From: a virus
Direction: 5' to 3' (one strand)
IMG/VR virus record: IMGVR_UViG_3300031963_000013
Length of the DNA stretch: 64,000 nucleotides
Made by a program: the position numbers and the translations under genes. The notes under the pieces were generated by a model. That model saw only the letters and a program-made list of their open reading frames with translations. It was not told where the DNA came from and searched no databases. Below, one piece after another: positions 25,095-36,429 of the stretch (its first letter is position 1; each line of letters begins with the position of its first letter).

Positions 25095-25754
25095 TTATAT
25101 ATTTGTTTTTGTTATCTGCACAGGGATCGATATTCTAGCTCCTGAGTCTCTACCCGTTACGATGAGAGTTGTGTACAGAGTCGTTTGGTTACCGAACAGC
25201 GTATTCACTGTAGTAGCAGTTAGGTTGATGGTTGTACCTATAACAGTCTTGCTAACGTTTGTGCCTACGGTTGTTGTGGCGTTTAACGATGTTGCTTCAG
25301 CTGTATTGATACCAACTCCTGTGAAAGTACTCATCGTTCTAACGTCGCCGATTGTTGCTACGTAACCTGAAGCTTCAAACTGGGTGGTAGAAGACAGATA
25401 ATTCAAGGTCTGTGGAGTTATCGATAGAGATGCACCTTGCTTTAGTATGATTGTATTGTAAGGTATGCTAATCACAGGTAGTTTAGCGGTTCCCCTTGGA
25501 AGGGTTATGAGCTTATATTTCATGATCTCCTCGTCGTTGGGGAAAGCCTGCAACACTGGCATGGCTTCGATCGCCTCTCCGTAAAACGCTGAACCGGAAG
25601 GGTGGGTTGGGTTGTAAAGTGAATAGTCCACTTCGTCGTCTGATAGCGAGAATTGGGTTATTCTAAAAGATCCATCGTTTCTAGAAAGAGCCTCTCTTCC
25701 TTTTTTGGTCAGTATAGCGTCTACTACAACTGATGTTTGACTTAAATAAGACAT
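25095..25754 (-). CDS. virion structural protein
   Basis: DAILTKKGR...ITQFSLSDDEVDY; operon context. Confidence 0.65.
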   Translation of the reverse strand: MSYLSQTSVVVDAILTKKGREALSRNDGSFRITQFSLSDDEVDYSLYNPTHPSGSAFYGEAIEAMPVLQAFPNDEEIMKYKLITLPRGTAKLPVISIPYNTIILKQGASLSITPQTLNYLSSTTQFEASGYVATIGDVRTMSTFTGVGINTAEATSLNATTTVGTNVSKTVIGTTINLTATTVNTLFGNQTTLYTTLIVTGRDSGARISIPVQITKTNI

Positions 25755-25811
25755 GATAAATTTGCTTTAAATATAAATATAATGTTTTTCGATTCTTGTT
25801 TCACAAATATC

Positions 25812-28800
25812 TTATTGGTTTGTGATTAAATTTTGGGCCTTAAGAGATTTTATTATGTTACCAGATCTATCTCTAAGGTCTTCGTCTATGTATTGCGGAT
25901 ACAAAAGCCCGTTTTCTACAAGGGTTTGATCTTTCGGATCGTATCTCAGTATGACATTCGTTTCGTCGGGAATGTGTTTCCAGACAATGTATCTGCAAGT
26001 TCTGAAGTTTGCACCTGTGACTTGATCCACAAGAGAAGAAGAGTTGATCAGAGAACCGTCGAGGGTTGTGCCCAACCCAGCCACTAGTCTAGATCCGGTC
26101 ACATCCGAAGTGCTCGAAGAGCCTGTAAAGTAAACGTTTTTAACAACGTACTCCCACCGTTCGTTCCAACCTAAAGAGGATGCGTTATAAAAACTAATCC
26201 TATCACCTACTCCTATCGAAAAAGGATACACAACTCTACTCAATCCAGACGTACTCCAAGAGGGATCGGAAGTTGAATTCATCAGCGGAACGTGTCCGTA
26301 ACGGTAGTAGTACGACAGAGCGCTATCAAAAACAATCTCGTTCGAGGAAGTGTTGTAGTACAAACAGGGTTGGCTGCTGCTCACTTCTGTAGTTAACGTT
26401 GTTGTAAAGCTTCCTGTTGTACTTCCTCCTGCGCCTCTACCAAGTATAGATATATCGCTTACTGTAAACGTAAAATCGCTGATTGTGTAACCACCAGGGG
26501 GTACGCCCGCTATACGCAGAGTTACAATATCGCCAGTTGCGTCACTATTTCCGGTTGTTATAGTTAGTGTTCCAGCTGAAGAGTACGATACGCCTGGTCC
26601 CGTTATAGTATAGTTGAAATTAACGCCTGTGTTGCTGCTCACAGCTCCCCCGGACTTTTCAACTCTCGCGGTAAACGTATAATCTGCCTCTGTATTTTCG
26701 GGAGGATCTACAAATGTTTCGTTGACAGAGAATAGAAATACGTTGAACAATGTTGGATCCAAGCTAGAGGGAGGTATTGTTGATCCCAGTGGTAACCTAA
26801 CCTCTATAGGTATTTGTAAAGAAAAGCTCTGCGTAACTGTAGAAGATCCTCCTATGTTGTGTAGTATCGGTAGGTATCTAAATCCGCCTTCAAATATTTG
26901 TAGTGTGGGATTGTTTACCAATAACTGGGCGTACGGGTTTCTCTCGTCGTATTCGAATAGGGATACGTCGCACGTTTCCCCACTTTTGAAAAAGTTCTGT
27001 ACATCGAATATGTTAAAGTTTGCTTTACTCAAATCCAATACTGCCTCGTTGCTATTTATGAGGTACTTTATCTGCGCGTTTGAGCGGCCCGGTAAAAAAA
27101 TGGATGCTGAGTATATGTCTACAAGATAAGCAAAACTCTGTTTTACTTTGTCTATAGTTGCGCTGCTGCCGTAAGACTGGTCTCCGGCTGTGTACGTGTT
27201 GTAGGTTGCGCTGTTTATCGACGATCCTACAAACCTAGGATACGTAAAAGCTCTGGTAGCGTAGTTTGAATCCTGTAACTGAGCGTACGGAGAATTAGGG
27301 TTGGTGTACGTTTGGAAGTTATCGATTTGAGCATCTATTATTGATTTGGTTATTATTCCGAAGTTAACCGGGGTGTTTTGGTTATAAGTGTAGTCTAGAT
27401 CTAAGAACTTTAAAGATCTCACAGAAGCCGTAACGTTTTGGTACACAGCTCCGTAATTTACCGTGGTAACCAAAGAACCGCTAGAGTTGCTTGAGATTTC
27501 TGACTGATCGCTTATCGATGTTGCCGTTGTCACAACTATCGAACTTCCGCTAAGTTCTCCGGTGTATTTTTCTACGCCGTCGGTAGAGCTCACAGTCGCA
27601 AAACCGTACGGAGACATAACGCTACCAGACCAACTTGTAGAAAACTCGTAACCCAAAGCGTTACTACCCGAGATGTCTATCATGTCGACGGACTGCGAAT
27701 AGTTGTTGTAAAAACTCATGCTTGGTTCGTGCCTTGCGTACTTATTTCTTTCAAGGATGTGACTCTTTATTATGATTCCTGTTGATACGTTAGACCTTGC
27801 AGGAGCAAAATCCTTTATCATTTTAAACAGAGAATTGTTGTAATACTTTATCAGTCTAAAGTATTCGTACAAACTGTGAGGTTGCGTATAAGTCGAAAAG
27901 TACTGTTTGCTTAAAGCGTCTAACGATGGGTAAGACGATTTGTATTGGTCTTCTGGATTGCCTATTAGTTGATTGAAGTTTACGTAACCAGAAGAAGACT
28001 CAAAATTGTTATTGATTGTGTTTGATGGAGAGAATCCAACTTCTATGTCCATCGAATTTGCTCTAACTAGGTTGTTGTACTCTTGCGCTGTCGTGTACGG
28101 GGAAAGGACAGGTTCTCCCAAAGCTATGCTGGAAGTTACAATGTTTATCTTTTCGTTGTTTGCCTCTATTAAGCCGCTTCCTGTGTATATGTTGTTAGCT
28201 CCGAATTCGGTTACCGTCAGAATCTCTTCTGGTATACCGTAACAAGATATTAAAGCTTTTATTCCCCTTTGAGTACCCTTTGATTTTAAAAGGTAGGGCA
28301 AGTTGTGATAAAGTCTCTTGTACAACTCTTTTTCAAGCTGGTTAGAGGGTAAAGTGTCTATGCTAGAAGTAACGTAGCTAGTAATTACTTCTGATCCAGT
28401 TGGAGGAAGCAGGGAACCGTCTGGGTTCATCCCAAACAGCGTGTAATACAGGTTATCTGATACGCTTGTGTTTGTGTACAAGTTCATACCTAGACCACGT
28501 AATGCGTCTGCAACAACGTCCATAGACACACCTTCGTACGGATTGTTAAAAGAGCTGTATCTGTTGCTTAGATCCTTGTAATATATCCAAAGGTTATCGA
28601 AGTGTTGTCCAACCATGTCAACAAATGTAACGTATGGTTGGTTGTCTGGGTTTTCAAGCAGATATTGCGGTATGGTATTTGTTAGTCTGTCTGAGTTGTT
28701 TGCGTCGTACAGCGATGACGAATAGAGTATCGACACGCCTGACAAAGAAGGCGTAGTATTCTCCGATCCCAACCAATTCAATGCTTGGGAAGAAGTCACT

Positions 28801-29948
28801 GAATAGAGATCGTACGGCTTTTGACTCGTAGATTTGGGCCACGCAAAAGATTCAGATTCGTAATAGAGGTAGTATTCGTAAACATCGAATTTTTTTATGA
28901 TGTTGTCTATCTTGTTTTGAATCAATACGTTCGATTGAGAAACAGAAGTATTTGTATCAACACTCATGCTAGTAAAAGAGGTTGTATCCGATATCTGTGA
29001 TCTGTAATCCTCTATCAAAGACAGCTTATAAACGAAGTTATTTAGCCTCTCTGTTGCGCTAGAGAAGTGAACGAAGTTTTCAAAGTTAGAATAGTCTACG
29101 TTTATCTGTATTGCTTTATCGTCGTAATAGCTTTGTAACTGTTGCATCGATGACGATAGATCGCTACTAAACAGCGCGTTGTAGTTGTAGTACGGCGTTG
29201 TTTGACCTATTCTATCGGAAACCTTTATTTTGAAATTCGGTCCCCTAAGTTGGTTCATTGTCGCTTCTGATTCAGCTTCTATCTGAATGTTAACGTCAAA
29301 GCTAACCGAATCTGAAAGCGCATCAACTAACCAAAGCGTTGATTTTAAATCGAACTCTGGTGGAAGAGGTTCGTAAAGTTTTATGAGTAGGTAAGTTCCA
29401 TCGTCCTCAACCGAAACAGCGACGTTGTTAGCTATCAGTAACCTATTTAAACCGAAGTTGACGTAGAAGTCTGTGAAATAGTTTTTACCAGATACGTAAG
29501 TTTGGTAAGCAGCAAAGCCCTCTTGTATTTGGGTATTACTTAAAAATTGGCTGCTTAACTTTAACTCCGTTCTGGATCTGGAAATTTCCTTTATCCAATA
29601 GTTTATGTTGGAAGTAGAATTGAATAAGTTCTTATAAAAACCGTATTGCGTGTTTAGCAAGCCTCGGTTGTAACCGCGGTCTTGAAGATCTTTTTTTGGA
29701 TCGATCTCTATGCTTGAAGCTAAACCGTCTACGGGATTTGTCGAACCTTGTGATGGATAGTAGCTTGTGACGTTGTAGTCTATATCTATCAATTGACCCA
29801 CTTCGTCAAAGATCGATAGCTCAACGTAATCTTCAGGAGCACCAAAGGAGGAGTTTATAAAATTTGTAACTATCAACCGATCGTCAACAAGTTTGTAATC
29901 CTGATAAGTTTTACCCGTGCCTCTGTATGTTATATTAACTAATTCCAT
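25812..29948 (-). CDS. large baseplate wedge protein (gp7-like)
   Basis: 1378 aa; LLKSKGT.RGIKALISCYGIP motif; near gp6 and gp25 genes. Confidence 0.7.
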   Translation of the reverse strand: MELVNITYRGTGKTYQDYKLVDDRLIVTNFINSSFGAPEDYVELSIFDEVGQLIDIDYNVTSYYPSQGSTNPVDGLASSIEIDPKKDLQDRGYNRGLLNTQYGFYKNLFNSTSNINYWIKEISRSRTELKLSSQFLSNTQIQEGFAAYQTYVSGKNYFTDFYVNFGLNRLLIANNVAVSVEDDGTYLLIKLYEPLPPEFDLKSTLWLVDALSDSVSFDVNIQIEAESEATMNQLRGPNFKIKVSDRIGQTTPYYNYNALFSSDLSSSMQQLQSYYDDKAIQINVDYSNFENFVHFSSATERLNNFVYKLSLIEDYRSQISDTTSFTSMSVDTNTSVSQSNVLIQNKIDNIIKKFDVYEYYLYYESESFAWPKSTSQKPYDLYSVTSSQALNWLGSENTTPSLSGVSILYSSSLYDANNSDRLTNTIPQYLLENPDNQPYVTFVDMVGQHFDNLWIYYKDLSNRYSSFNNPYEGVSMDVVADALRGLGMNLYTNTSVSDNLYYTLFGMNPDGSLLPPTGSEVITSYVTSSIDTLPSNQLEKELYKRLYHNLPYLLKSKGTQRGIKALISCYGIPEEILTVTEFGANNIYTGSGLIEANNEKINIVTSSIALGEPVLSPYTTAQEYNNLVRANSMDIEVGFSPSNTINNNFESSSGYVNFNQLIGNPEDQYKSSYPSLDALSKQYFSTYTQPHSLYEYFRLIKYYNNSLFKMIKDFAPARSNVSTGIIIKSHILERNKYARHEPSMSFYNNYSQSVDMIDISGSNALGYEFSTSWSGSVMSPYGFATVSSTDGVEKYTGELSGSSIVVTTATSISDQSEISSNSSGSLVTTVNYGAVYQNVTASVRSLKFLDLDYTYNQNTPVNFGIITKSIIDAQIDNFQTYTNPNSPYAQLQDSNYATRAFTYPRFVGSSINSATYNTYTAGDQSYGSSATIDKVKQSFAYLVDIYSASIFLPGRSNAQIKYLINSNEAVLDLSKANFNIFDVQNFFKSGETCDVSLFEYDERNPYAQLLVNNPTLQIFEGGFRYLPILHNIGGSSTVTQSFSLQIPIEVRLPLGSTIPPSSLDPTLFNVFLFSVNETFVDPPENTEADYTFTARVEKSGGAVSSNTGVNFNYTITGPGVSYSSAGTLTITTGNSDATGDIVTLRIAGVPPGGYTISDFTFTVSDISILGRGAGGSTTGSFTTTLTTEVSSSQPCLYYNTSSNEIVFDSALSYYYRYGHVPLMNSTSDPSWSTSGLSRVVYPFSIGVGDRISFYNASSLGWNERWEYVVKNVYFTGSSSTSDVTGSRLVAGLGTTLDGSLINSSSLVDQVTGANFRTCRYIVWKHIPDETNVILRYDPKDQTLVENGLLYPQYIDEDLRDRSGNIIKSLKAQNLITNQ

Positions 29949-30292
29949 TAGGTTGCTATGTTGTTAACTGTTAAATATGTAGAGCTTAAATCTATTAATT
30001 GTTGTCTTAACGAGTTAATTTCTTCTACGAGTGCCGCTTTTTCTGCATCGAATATCGATCCTCCCAGGTATTGAGTACTTTTTTCTACCAAATACTTGTG
30101 AGAATTTATCTCCCCTTCGGTTGGTATGTCGAAAAAAAGCTGTTCGTAGTAGTTAAAAAAATCCTCTACTGTAACAATGGGAGTTTGTTCTACAACTTGC
30201 GGAGAAATAAGCTCTGTAAATTGGTTGTCTATAGCGTTTGTGTACGTACTTACGCCCCTTATTTTTTTAACTAAATTTACTTTTTCCATCAA
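29948..30292 (-). CDS. hypothetical structural protein
   Basis: Translationally coupled within baseplate operon. Confidence 0.65.
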   Translation of the reverse strand: MMEKVNLVKKIRGVSTYTNAIDNQFTELISPQVVEQTPIVTVEDFFNYYEQLFFDIPTEGEINSHKYLVEKSTQYLGGSIFDAEKAALVEEINSLRQQLIDLSSTYLTVNNIAT

Positions 30293-31389
30293 TTAGTTAC
30301 TTTGAATATTAGGTTGTTGTCGTAATCTACCTGTTCTCCTGAAGGCAAATTGCACTTTATGAGTAGTTTGTAATAACGTTCTGGTTCTAAACCGTTCATG
30401 TGTACGTTAAAATAGCTACTAACTCCATCGCAACTTATCTTTGTGTAATTGGTATCAAAGTCAACAACGGTTTCGTTCGTTTTTGCGTCTACTAAAGACC
30501 AATACGACTGTTGTGGTAATCTCTTGTTTGAAGTGTATAAAGAAGAGGTTGTAAACACCCTTGTCGGGTATTTGTCCCTTGAATTGACTCTGAACTTATA
30601 GATGTCTGTGTTCTTTTTGTAATAACCCATGTTGTTAGATAGAGTTATTACAGAATCGCTATCGCTCAACACTGAGAGGCTTCCTGTCGTGTATACGCTA
30701 TCGTCCCACCTGATTTCTAGGGTTGGAGGGTATATTGTGTGAGTATCGTTGCTGTAGAAGTTCAAAGCAATGTAGCTTCCTGAATTGTTTTCCACCGCGT
30801 TCGGGTGTTTCACCAAAAAACCGTAATTGCTTTGAGATCCGCTGAACCACTCGTCAACTATGGCTGTAACGTCTACGTTTATGTCTTTATCGCTGTTGTA
30901 ATCGAAAGATTGGGTGGTGAACGTGTTGTTCCAAGAACCACCGCCGGGTGTTAAGTAATACTGAGGATTTAACCAATTTGTTACATTTGTGTAGTAAGAC
31001 TGTGAAGTATACCAACAAGCTCCGTTTTTTGTTTGAGGAGAATCAGCAAAGTGTCCTGTACCCATTTCCCAATCCTGAGCAACCTGTCTTATTTCTAAGT
31101 AGTAGTCAGTGTTTAAGTTTTCTGCGTTGGCCAAGTAAAGTTTCAAATACACTTTAAAAGAACCAGTTGCGTACGCTTTGAGTTTCTGTAGATCGTCGCT
31201 AGAAAATTTAATCAAAGATCTGCGTAAGTCATCCGATGATATGGGACCAACTCCAGCTATCAAACTGTTGTTTGCGTCTTCTGAATTTTTAACGCTAACT
31301 TCCAAGATCTCGTCAAGCCCAGTGTTCATCGCTGGAAACTTTGAGTAGATCGTTGTGTCCGCTTCTGAAAATATTTTGTATATTGCCAT
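30289..31389 (-). CDS. virion structural protein (beta-sandwich, DNRLRE-like)
   Basis: DTTIYS..P..NTG.DEILE, RSLIKF, NYGFLVK, P.LEIRWDD. Confidence 0.6.
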   Translation of the reverse strand: MAIYKIFSEADTTIYSKFPAMNTGLDEILEVSVKNSEDANNSLIAGVGPISSDDLRRSLIKFSSDDLQKLKAYATGSFKVYLKLYLANAENLNTDYYLEIRQVAQDWEMGTGHFADSPQTKNGACWYTSQSYYTNVTNWLNPQYYLTPGGGSWNNTFTTQSFDYNSDKDINVDVTAIVDEWFSGSQSNYGFLVKHPNAVENNSGSYIALNFYSNDTHTIYPPTLEIRWDDSVYTTGSLSVLSDSDSVITLSNNMGYYKKNTDIYKFRVNSRDKYPTRVFTTSSLYTSNKRLPQQSYWSLVDAKTNETVVDFDTNYTKISCDGVSSYFNVHMNGLEPERYYKLLIKCNLPSGEQVDYDNNLIFKVTN

Positions 31390-31403
31390 TTTTGTTGTTT
31401 TTA

Positions 31404-33260
31404 TTAGAAGCTAACCACTCTTCCTTGTATGTCTGTGTCTAAGTATTTAACTTCAAACACAGAAGGATCCAAAGAAGGATAAATTATACCGTTTACCAAA
31501 CCTGCGTTTATGTCGTATACGTACTTAGAGTACCCGTTTGAAACCCCAGATTTGTTAACTATTTCTACGCTTTTCACAGTTTGTACGCCCTCTACAGTAT
31601 CCAAAAGCGTGTAAACGTCGCTAAGAACTATAGGTTCGTTTATTTGCCAATTGCTTATGTTAAAAAAGTCCTTTAGCACTGTTAAGCACCTTGCTATTAC
31701 GTCTGTGCCAGTGTAATTGGGCCTTATGATCACATCGAAATTGCAACCTATGTTTATAACGTACCCAGGTTTTAGGTTTATAGCGTCTGTCATCATTCTG
31801 TATTCAGACAGATACGTTTGAACGTTTTTCAATAACGCTTCGCTTGGCTCCGCAAGGTGACCGTTTGAGTCCAATCCCAAAAGGTACATGCTAACAAGCG
31901 TTTGGTTCTTGTTTGTGTAATCCGAGCTATAGTAGTTTGCAAAAGTAGTATCGTCCTTTGTTACGTAGGCTTTTGATATTTTGCCGTACTTGGAAGGCAT
32001 TTCCATCACCTTTACCAAATAGTCCTGTTGTGTTACAGCTCTTGTTTGACTTGCAAAAGAAGCCTGTATGTTTTGTCTTAGTTCGTCTATCGTGTCTCCG
32101 TCTCCGCCCCCTGTTGCTGGTTCTGCGTTGTTTACTGCTACTGTGTTGCTAAAGCTTGTATTGACGCCCGTTGTAACTACAGAACTTGGAACGGTTAGTT
32201 CGTTTGCTCCAACGTTGTAGGAAGCTCCACCGCCTGCTAAATAAGATATCGTTATAGTTGTGTTAGACGGAGAAAGTCCGTAAGTTTTTGTGGTAACGTA
32301 GTTGGTGGGATCAAAAGCGGTGTTTATAGTGTTAGATCCGCTAGTCAAACCAACGCCAACCGTACTAGGGTTTGGTATTACAACAGTATCAGCAACGCTG
32401 TTAATGCCTGGACCGAATTCTATCACCAGGTTGTCGTTGCTGGTAAATCTAGTTGTAAACCTTCTATCCACTTTAACCTTTTCAAGTATGTAAGGAACCT
32501 GATCGGAGTACTGTGCCAAGTCCGGGTAATTCGCGGCTGTGTTTGCAACTGGATTGTAAATGAAGTCTTGCGCCAAGTAGGGAACTTCGTACCATTTGTT
32601 ACCTGAGGAGTCTACAGCGCTAACAACGCCAACTATCTCTATGTCGCTTATTGTTACAGTTTGAAACCTTTGCGCCGAACCAAACGTGAATGCTTGACTC
32701 TTGATTTGTCCTGATATAGCGTTTGCTTTCTTCTTTAAAAGGTACTGGGTCGGAGAACCGTCACCAGCTGTGGTATAAACTGTTATCTCTGTTTCATCGA
32801 AAGAAGAAGAAGTTCTAAAATCAATTTTTTCGGGAACGTAGAAGTTCACAGAGCTGTTTATGGACGAATTAACAACCATTCCGGGTTGTATAACCAAAGA
32901 GTAATCAAAATCAGGGTACTTTAAACTACCGCTCGTTTTAGCTGGAATTACCTGGTACACGTCAAGTCCTGCTATTGCGGCAGAAACAGTTTTGGGCCTG
33001 TAACCCATTGTGTAGGCTAGAGCGAAAAGGTTGTTTTTCTGTTTAGCGTATTGAACGTAAGTTTCTTGCAATTGGTTGTCCAAGTAAAAAGATAGGACGT
33101 CGCCAACGTAAGACGCCATGTTTATGAACATGCTGCCTGGACTGGCTTGTGTAAAGTCGTTATACACAGTTGGGAAATAGGACTTAGCGTACTCTATCAA
33201 ATCTGTTTTAAAAGTTGCAAAGTCCTTATTCAGATATTTTATATCAGGCTTTTTAGTCAT
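31404..33260 (-). CDS. baseplate wedge subunit (T4 gp6-like)
   Basis: YLNKDF, SYVGDVLSFY.D, LAY.MGY.P, GGGD.D, Q.RAVT.QDY. Confidence 0.9.
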   Translation of the reverse strand: MTKKPDIKYLNKDFATFKTDLIEYAKSYFPTVYNDFTQASPGSMFINMASYVGDVLSFYLDNQLQETYVQYAKQKNNLFALAYTMGYRPKTVSAAIAGLDVYQVIPAKTSGSLKYPDFDYSLVIQPGMVVNSSINSSVNFYVPEKIDFRTSSSFDETEITVYTTAGDGSPTQYLLKKKANAISGQIKSQAFTFGSAQRFQTVTISDIEIVGVVSAVDSSGNKWYEVPYLAQDFIYNPVANTAANYPDLAQYSDQVPYILEKVKVDRRFTTRFTSNDNLVIEFGPGINSVADTVVIPNPSTVGVGLTSGSNTINTAFDPTNYVTTKTYGLSPSNTTITISYLAGGGASYNVGANELTVPSSVVTTGVNTSFSNTVAVNNAEPATGGGDGDTIDELRQNIQASFASQTRAVTQQDYLVKVMEMPSKYGKISKAYVTKDDTTFANYYSSDYTNKNQTLVSMYLLGLDSNGHLAEPSEALLKNVQTYLSEYRMMTDAINLKPGYVINIGCNFDVIIRPNYTGTDVIARCLTVLKDFFNISNWQINEPIVLSDVYTLLDTVEGVQTVKSVEIVNKSGVSNGYSKYVYDINAGLVNGIIYPSLDPSVFEVKYLDTDIQGRVVSF

Positions 33261-33261
33261 T

Positions 33262-33675
33262 TTACATGTTTTGTATCTGTACTATTACTGTATCGTTTTC
33301 GTTTGAGTTTCTCAATCTATAACTAAAGTCTATAACCACAGAATTTGTTTCGGGTTGTCCTGTAACTACCAAATTTACAACTTCAACGTTTGGAAAATTG
33401 TTCTCTATTTTAGTTGCGATAGACAGCTGTAAAGACTCGAGGTCTCTAACCGCTATCTGTTCAAATATGAAAGATCTAAGTCCAGCGCCAAAGTTTTGAA
33501 TCATTGGCGTTTCCCTAGGATCGGTCAACATGAAGTTTATTAAATTGTATTTAGTCTGTTCTTTGGTTGTATAAACACTGGTAAAAGCGCTTTTGGAAGA
33601 AAAAGGTATCTTTACCCCTATAGCTGTAGAGGGTCTTAGATCAAGCGGCGATATCTGTTTTAGTCCGTAAGCCAT
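33262..33675 (-). CDS. baseplate wedge subunit (gp25-like)
   Basis: NL...MLT...E.P....FG.GL...IFE. Confidence 0.85.
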   Translation of the reverse strand: MAYGLKQISPLDLRPSTAIGVKIPFSSKSAFTSVYTTKEQTKYNLINFMLTDPRETPMIQNFGAGLRSFIFEQIAVRDLESLQLSIATKIENNFPNVEVVNLVVTGQPETNSVVIDFSYRLRNSNENDTVIVQIQNM

Positions 33676-34130
33676 TATAACAATCCTTTTCTTTTAAGGG
33701 AATCCATCATGCCCGTAAAATCCGGCACCGTATCTATTTGAACCATGTCCATGTTAGAACTGGGAGTTGCGTTCGCTAGCATGTCTTGAACCGATCCAAC
33801 CTTTTCTGTTGGAGCGTAGTTGGAATTATTAAACTTGTGCACATCGTCTGTCGTCATGGATATAGCGGTCTCGTTTAAAAGAGATCCCAAAGGGTTTCTA
33901 GTATCGAACTTTGGGATAGCGGGTTTAACGTCTTCGTTTAGCGTTAGAGGAAACATGGTTTTATTCAGGTTTTCTCTTATATTGTTTTTGTTACCGCTGC
34001 GACCAACTTCTGTGTTTTTCGAAAGAGATTCAGTTAACTCTCTTTTCAAATCAATTAACTGTTCCTTGAGAACGCTTTTTAGCTCTTCTCTAATTATTTT
34101 TCTAAGTGCATTTATAGATGAACTACTCAT
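33675..34130 (-). CDS. hypothetical protein
   Basis: LRKIIREE N-terminus; late motif upstream. Confidence 0.7.
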   Translation of the reverse strand: MSSSSINALRKIIREELKSVLKEQLIDLKRELTESLSKNTEVGRSGNKNNIRENLNKTMFPLTLNEDVKPAIPKFDTRNPLGSLLNETAISMTTDDVHKFNNSNYAPTEKVGSVQDMLANATPSSNMDMVQIDTVPDFTGMMDSLKRKGLL

Positions 34131-34156
34131 ATTGTATAAATATTTAAAATGTGAAT

Positions 34157-35992
34157 TTATGCTTGACTGTTTCTAGGAATTGTGCTAGATAAACGGGAAG
34201 AGTATCTACCAGAAGGATCAGTGTTTGATAAATTACTTCGCAATGTTTGATTGTTTTTTTCTAACATCTTTCTCATCCTCCTTCTTAATCTCTTACCTCC
34301 ATCAAGCTTATTTACAAAAGCATTCAATCCCAAATTGTCTTCGTCTTCGTTTTCGTTGTTGGGACTGTCTAAGTCAAGCGATTGTTGTTCGAAGCTTTCC
34401 CAATTGATGTCGTCTTCGTATAAATAAGCGCTTGTATCGTTTAACAAATTCAGTTCTTCCGAGTTGTAATCTGGTGAAGCGGAGTCTATAACTCCCTTAG
34501 ATTGCAAAAGCAATTTTACCTCTTGTATAATTATTTGATCGTCTGATGCAAACGTTGGATCGCTTTGAACGGTCACCAACCCTCTATTGTTTAGCGCTAC
34601 ACCGTACCTCCTTCTAAGGGATATTGCCTCTTCAACCACCTCTTCTGTTACTATCTGTATGGTAAAGTCTCCAAATCTGTTTTGAGATTTTTTTGTTTTG
34701 TCTTTCTGTTTTTTATTTTCTAAGAACTTATTAAATTCGTCTAAGTCTGACTGTAATCCGTTCTTCACGTCTATCAATTCGTTTAAGACTTCTTTTGGGA
34801 AGTTATCGCAATTTTGTAATGACGTTATTAGGGTTGTTAGCTTCTGTATCACTTCTCCCAAAATAGGTACTAAGGTGTCCAAGAAGATGATAACAAAATT
34901 AAAAAACAAACTCAACTGTTTCAACCTTGTTTCAAAAGTCGAAGCACCCTTGTCTTTTAGGTCTTTTACTATATCTGAAAACGTAGTAGTTATCCCAGTG
35001 GTTGTAAATAGGTTCGCCAAAGGAAGCGCTTTAAAGAACTTTATAAAAACCTTAAATACGCGGATTAACAACAGAGCTATTTTTATCAACAGTTGACCAG
35101 TAGCAATTAAGTTTTTAATGCTATTGCATATGTTCCTTATCTTTACGCAAACTTTTATTATTTTCTTTATTGTAGGTATGGCCTTTGTGGGATCTATTAA
35201 ATCTTGAACTTTTTTTATAGCATCGTTTATTTGACCGTTTATACCCAACAGATTAAGACCTGTGATAACAGAAGCGGGAGTACTCAACGACTCTATTATT
35301 ATGCAATACTGCCTTATTTTGTTTATTGTATTTAAAAGCTTCTGGTAATCTTCGTTGGGTATTTGTCTAAAATCTGTAAATCGATTGTAATATTCGAGCT
35401 TGTCTGTTACAAAGCTTCCAATGTTCCTTAATTGTGGAAAAGCTGTTGTTAGAGTTTGTAAATCCTGATCGCCGAAATTTCCGTCTGCGTTTATAGCGTT
35501 TCTAAAACCGTTTGTCCAAGTAGAAAAAAGACTGTTAATCCTGCCTACAGAATTAAAAAGATTTGTTTTAGACTCGTTGTCAAGGGCATCGTCGTAACCA
35601 GAATAAAAAGTGTCTATTTCTGATCTAACATCGAAAGCGGTTTTTTGAAACCTCCACTTTATTTTTTCAAAGGGATCTTCTGGAACTATCAACGGATTGA
35701 ACTTGGATCCAGCGGGTACTTTGGATATCGCGTAGTTTATTACGTCGCAATAGTCAACCGAATTTATAAGATCTAACACAGGTATAATACCCAAATCAAG
35801 GGGATTCTTAGGAATGTTTTTTCCCTTCACGTAGCTACCGGATTCTATTGGCTTTCCGTAAAAAATCTTGTCCATTCCATCGGTTATGTCTATCATGCTT
35901 AAAGTTCCCCTTAGCACCACTTTTTCAAGTCCCTTTGCTTCTGAGGAGAAATTGGATTTTACTTTATTTTCGTATATTGTTTTTATGGACAC
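34157..35992 (-). CDS. hypothetical helical virion-associated protein
   Basis: 611-aa ORF in structural operon. Confidence 0.7.
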   Translation of the reverse strand: MSIKTIYENKVKSNFSSEAKGLEKVVLRGTLSMIDITDGMDKIFYGKPIESGSYVKGKNIPKNPLDLGIIPVLDLINSVDYCDVINYAISKVPAGSKFNPLIVPEDPFEKIKWRFQKTAFDVRSEIDTFYSGYDDALDNESKTNLFNSVGRINSLFSTWTNGFRNAINADGNFGDQDLQTLTTAFPQLRNIGSFVTDKLEYYNRFTDFRQIPNEDYQKLLNTINKIRQYCIIIESLSTPASVITGLNLLGINGQINDAIKKVQDLIDPTKAIPTIKKIIKVCVKIRNICNSIKNLIATGQLLIKIALLLIRVFKVFIKFFKALPLANLFTTTGITTTFSDIVKDLKDKGASTFETRLKQLSLFFNFVIIFLDTLVPILGEVIQKLTTLITSLQNCDNFPKEVLNELIDVKNGLQSDLDEFNKFLENKKQKDKTKKSQNRFGDFTIQIVTEEVVEEAISLRRRYGVALNNRGLVTVQSDPTFASDDQIIIQEVKLLLQSKGVIDSASPDYNSEELNLLNDTSAYLYEDDINWESFEQQSLDLDSPNNENEDEDNLGLNAFVNKLDGGKRLRRRMRKMLEKNNQTLRSNLSNTDPSGRYSSRLSSTIPRNSQA

Positions 35993-36429
35993 TATTCGGT
36001 AAATGTTTTTTTGGACAAAGAACCATCCAATTTGTTTAAAAAGTTTTGAGACTGTTTGTTGACCTGTTTACCAAAAACCGCTAAAAACGACATGCTAGCT
36101 CCCAGTTCAGGCGTTGGGGCTGTTTTACCCGCTGAAACTTTTGTTAGTAGATCAGACGCGGTTATCAAAGAATTCAAAAAATCTTTCAAATCGTCTACAA
36201 ATTTATCTCCGAGTATGACTCTTTGGTTAGCGTTTAAACTTCCAAGCTTTATGTTAGGAGTATCAACAATGACCGCAGAGGACGCGTCCAAGTTTATGGT
36301 GTTTTGTGAAGATAGGGAAACTGCCTCTTTTGCGAATAGGAATATTGAGTCCTTTCTAGCGTGCAGGTGTAACCTATCCGAAGCTACTATTATTTGATTG
36401 CCTTTGTATGGAAATTCAGGTACGTACAT
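35992..36429 (-). CDS. baseplate spike C-terminal-like protein
   Basis: Y.GNQII..SDRL, beta-repeat region, IKLG...VILGD. Confidence 0.55.
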   Translation of the reverse strand: MYVPEFPYKGNQIIVASDRLHLHARKDSIFLFAKEAVSLSSQNTINLDASSAVIVDTPNIKLGSLNANQRVILGDKFVDDLKDFLNSLITASDLLTKVSAGKTAPTPELGASMSFLAVFGKQVNKQSQNFLNKLDGSLSKKTFTE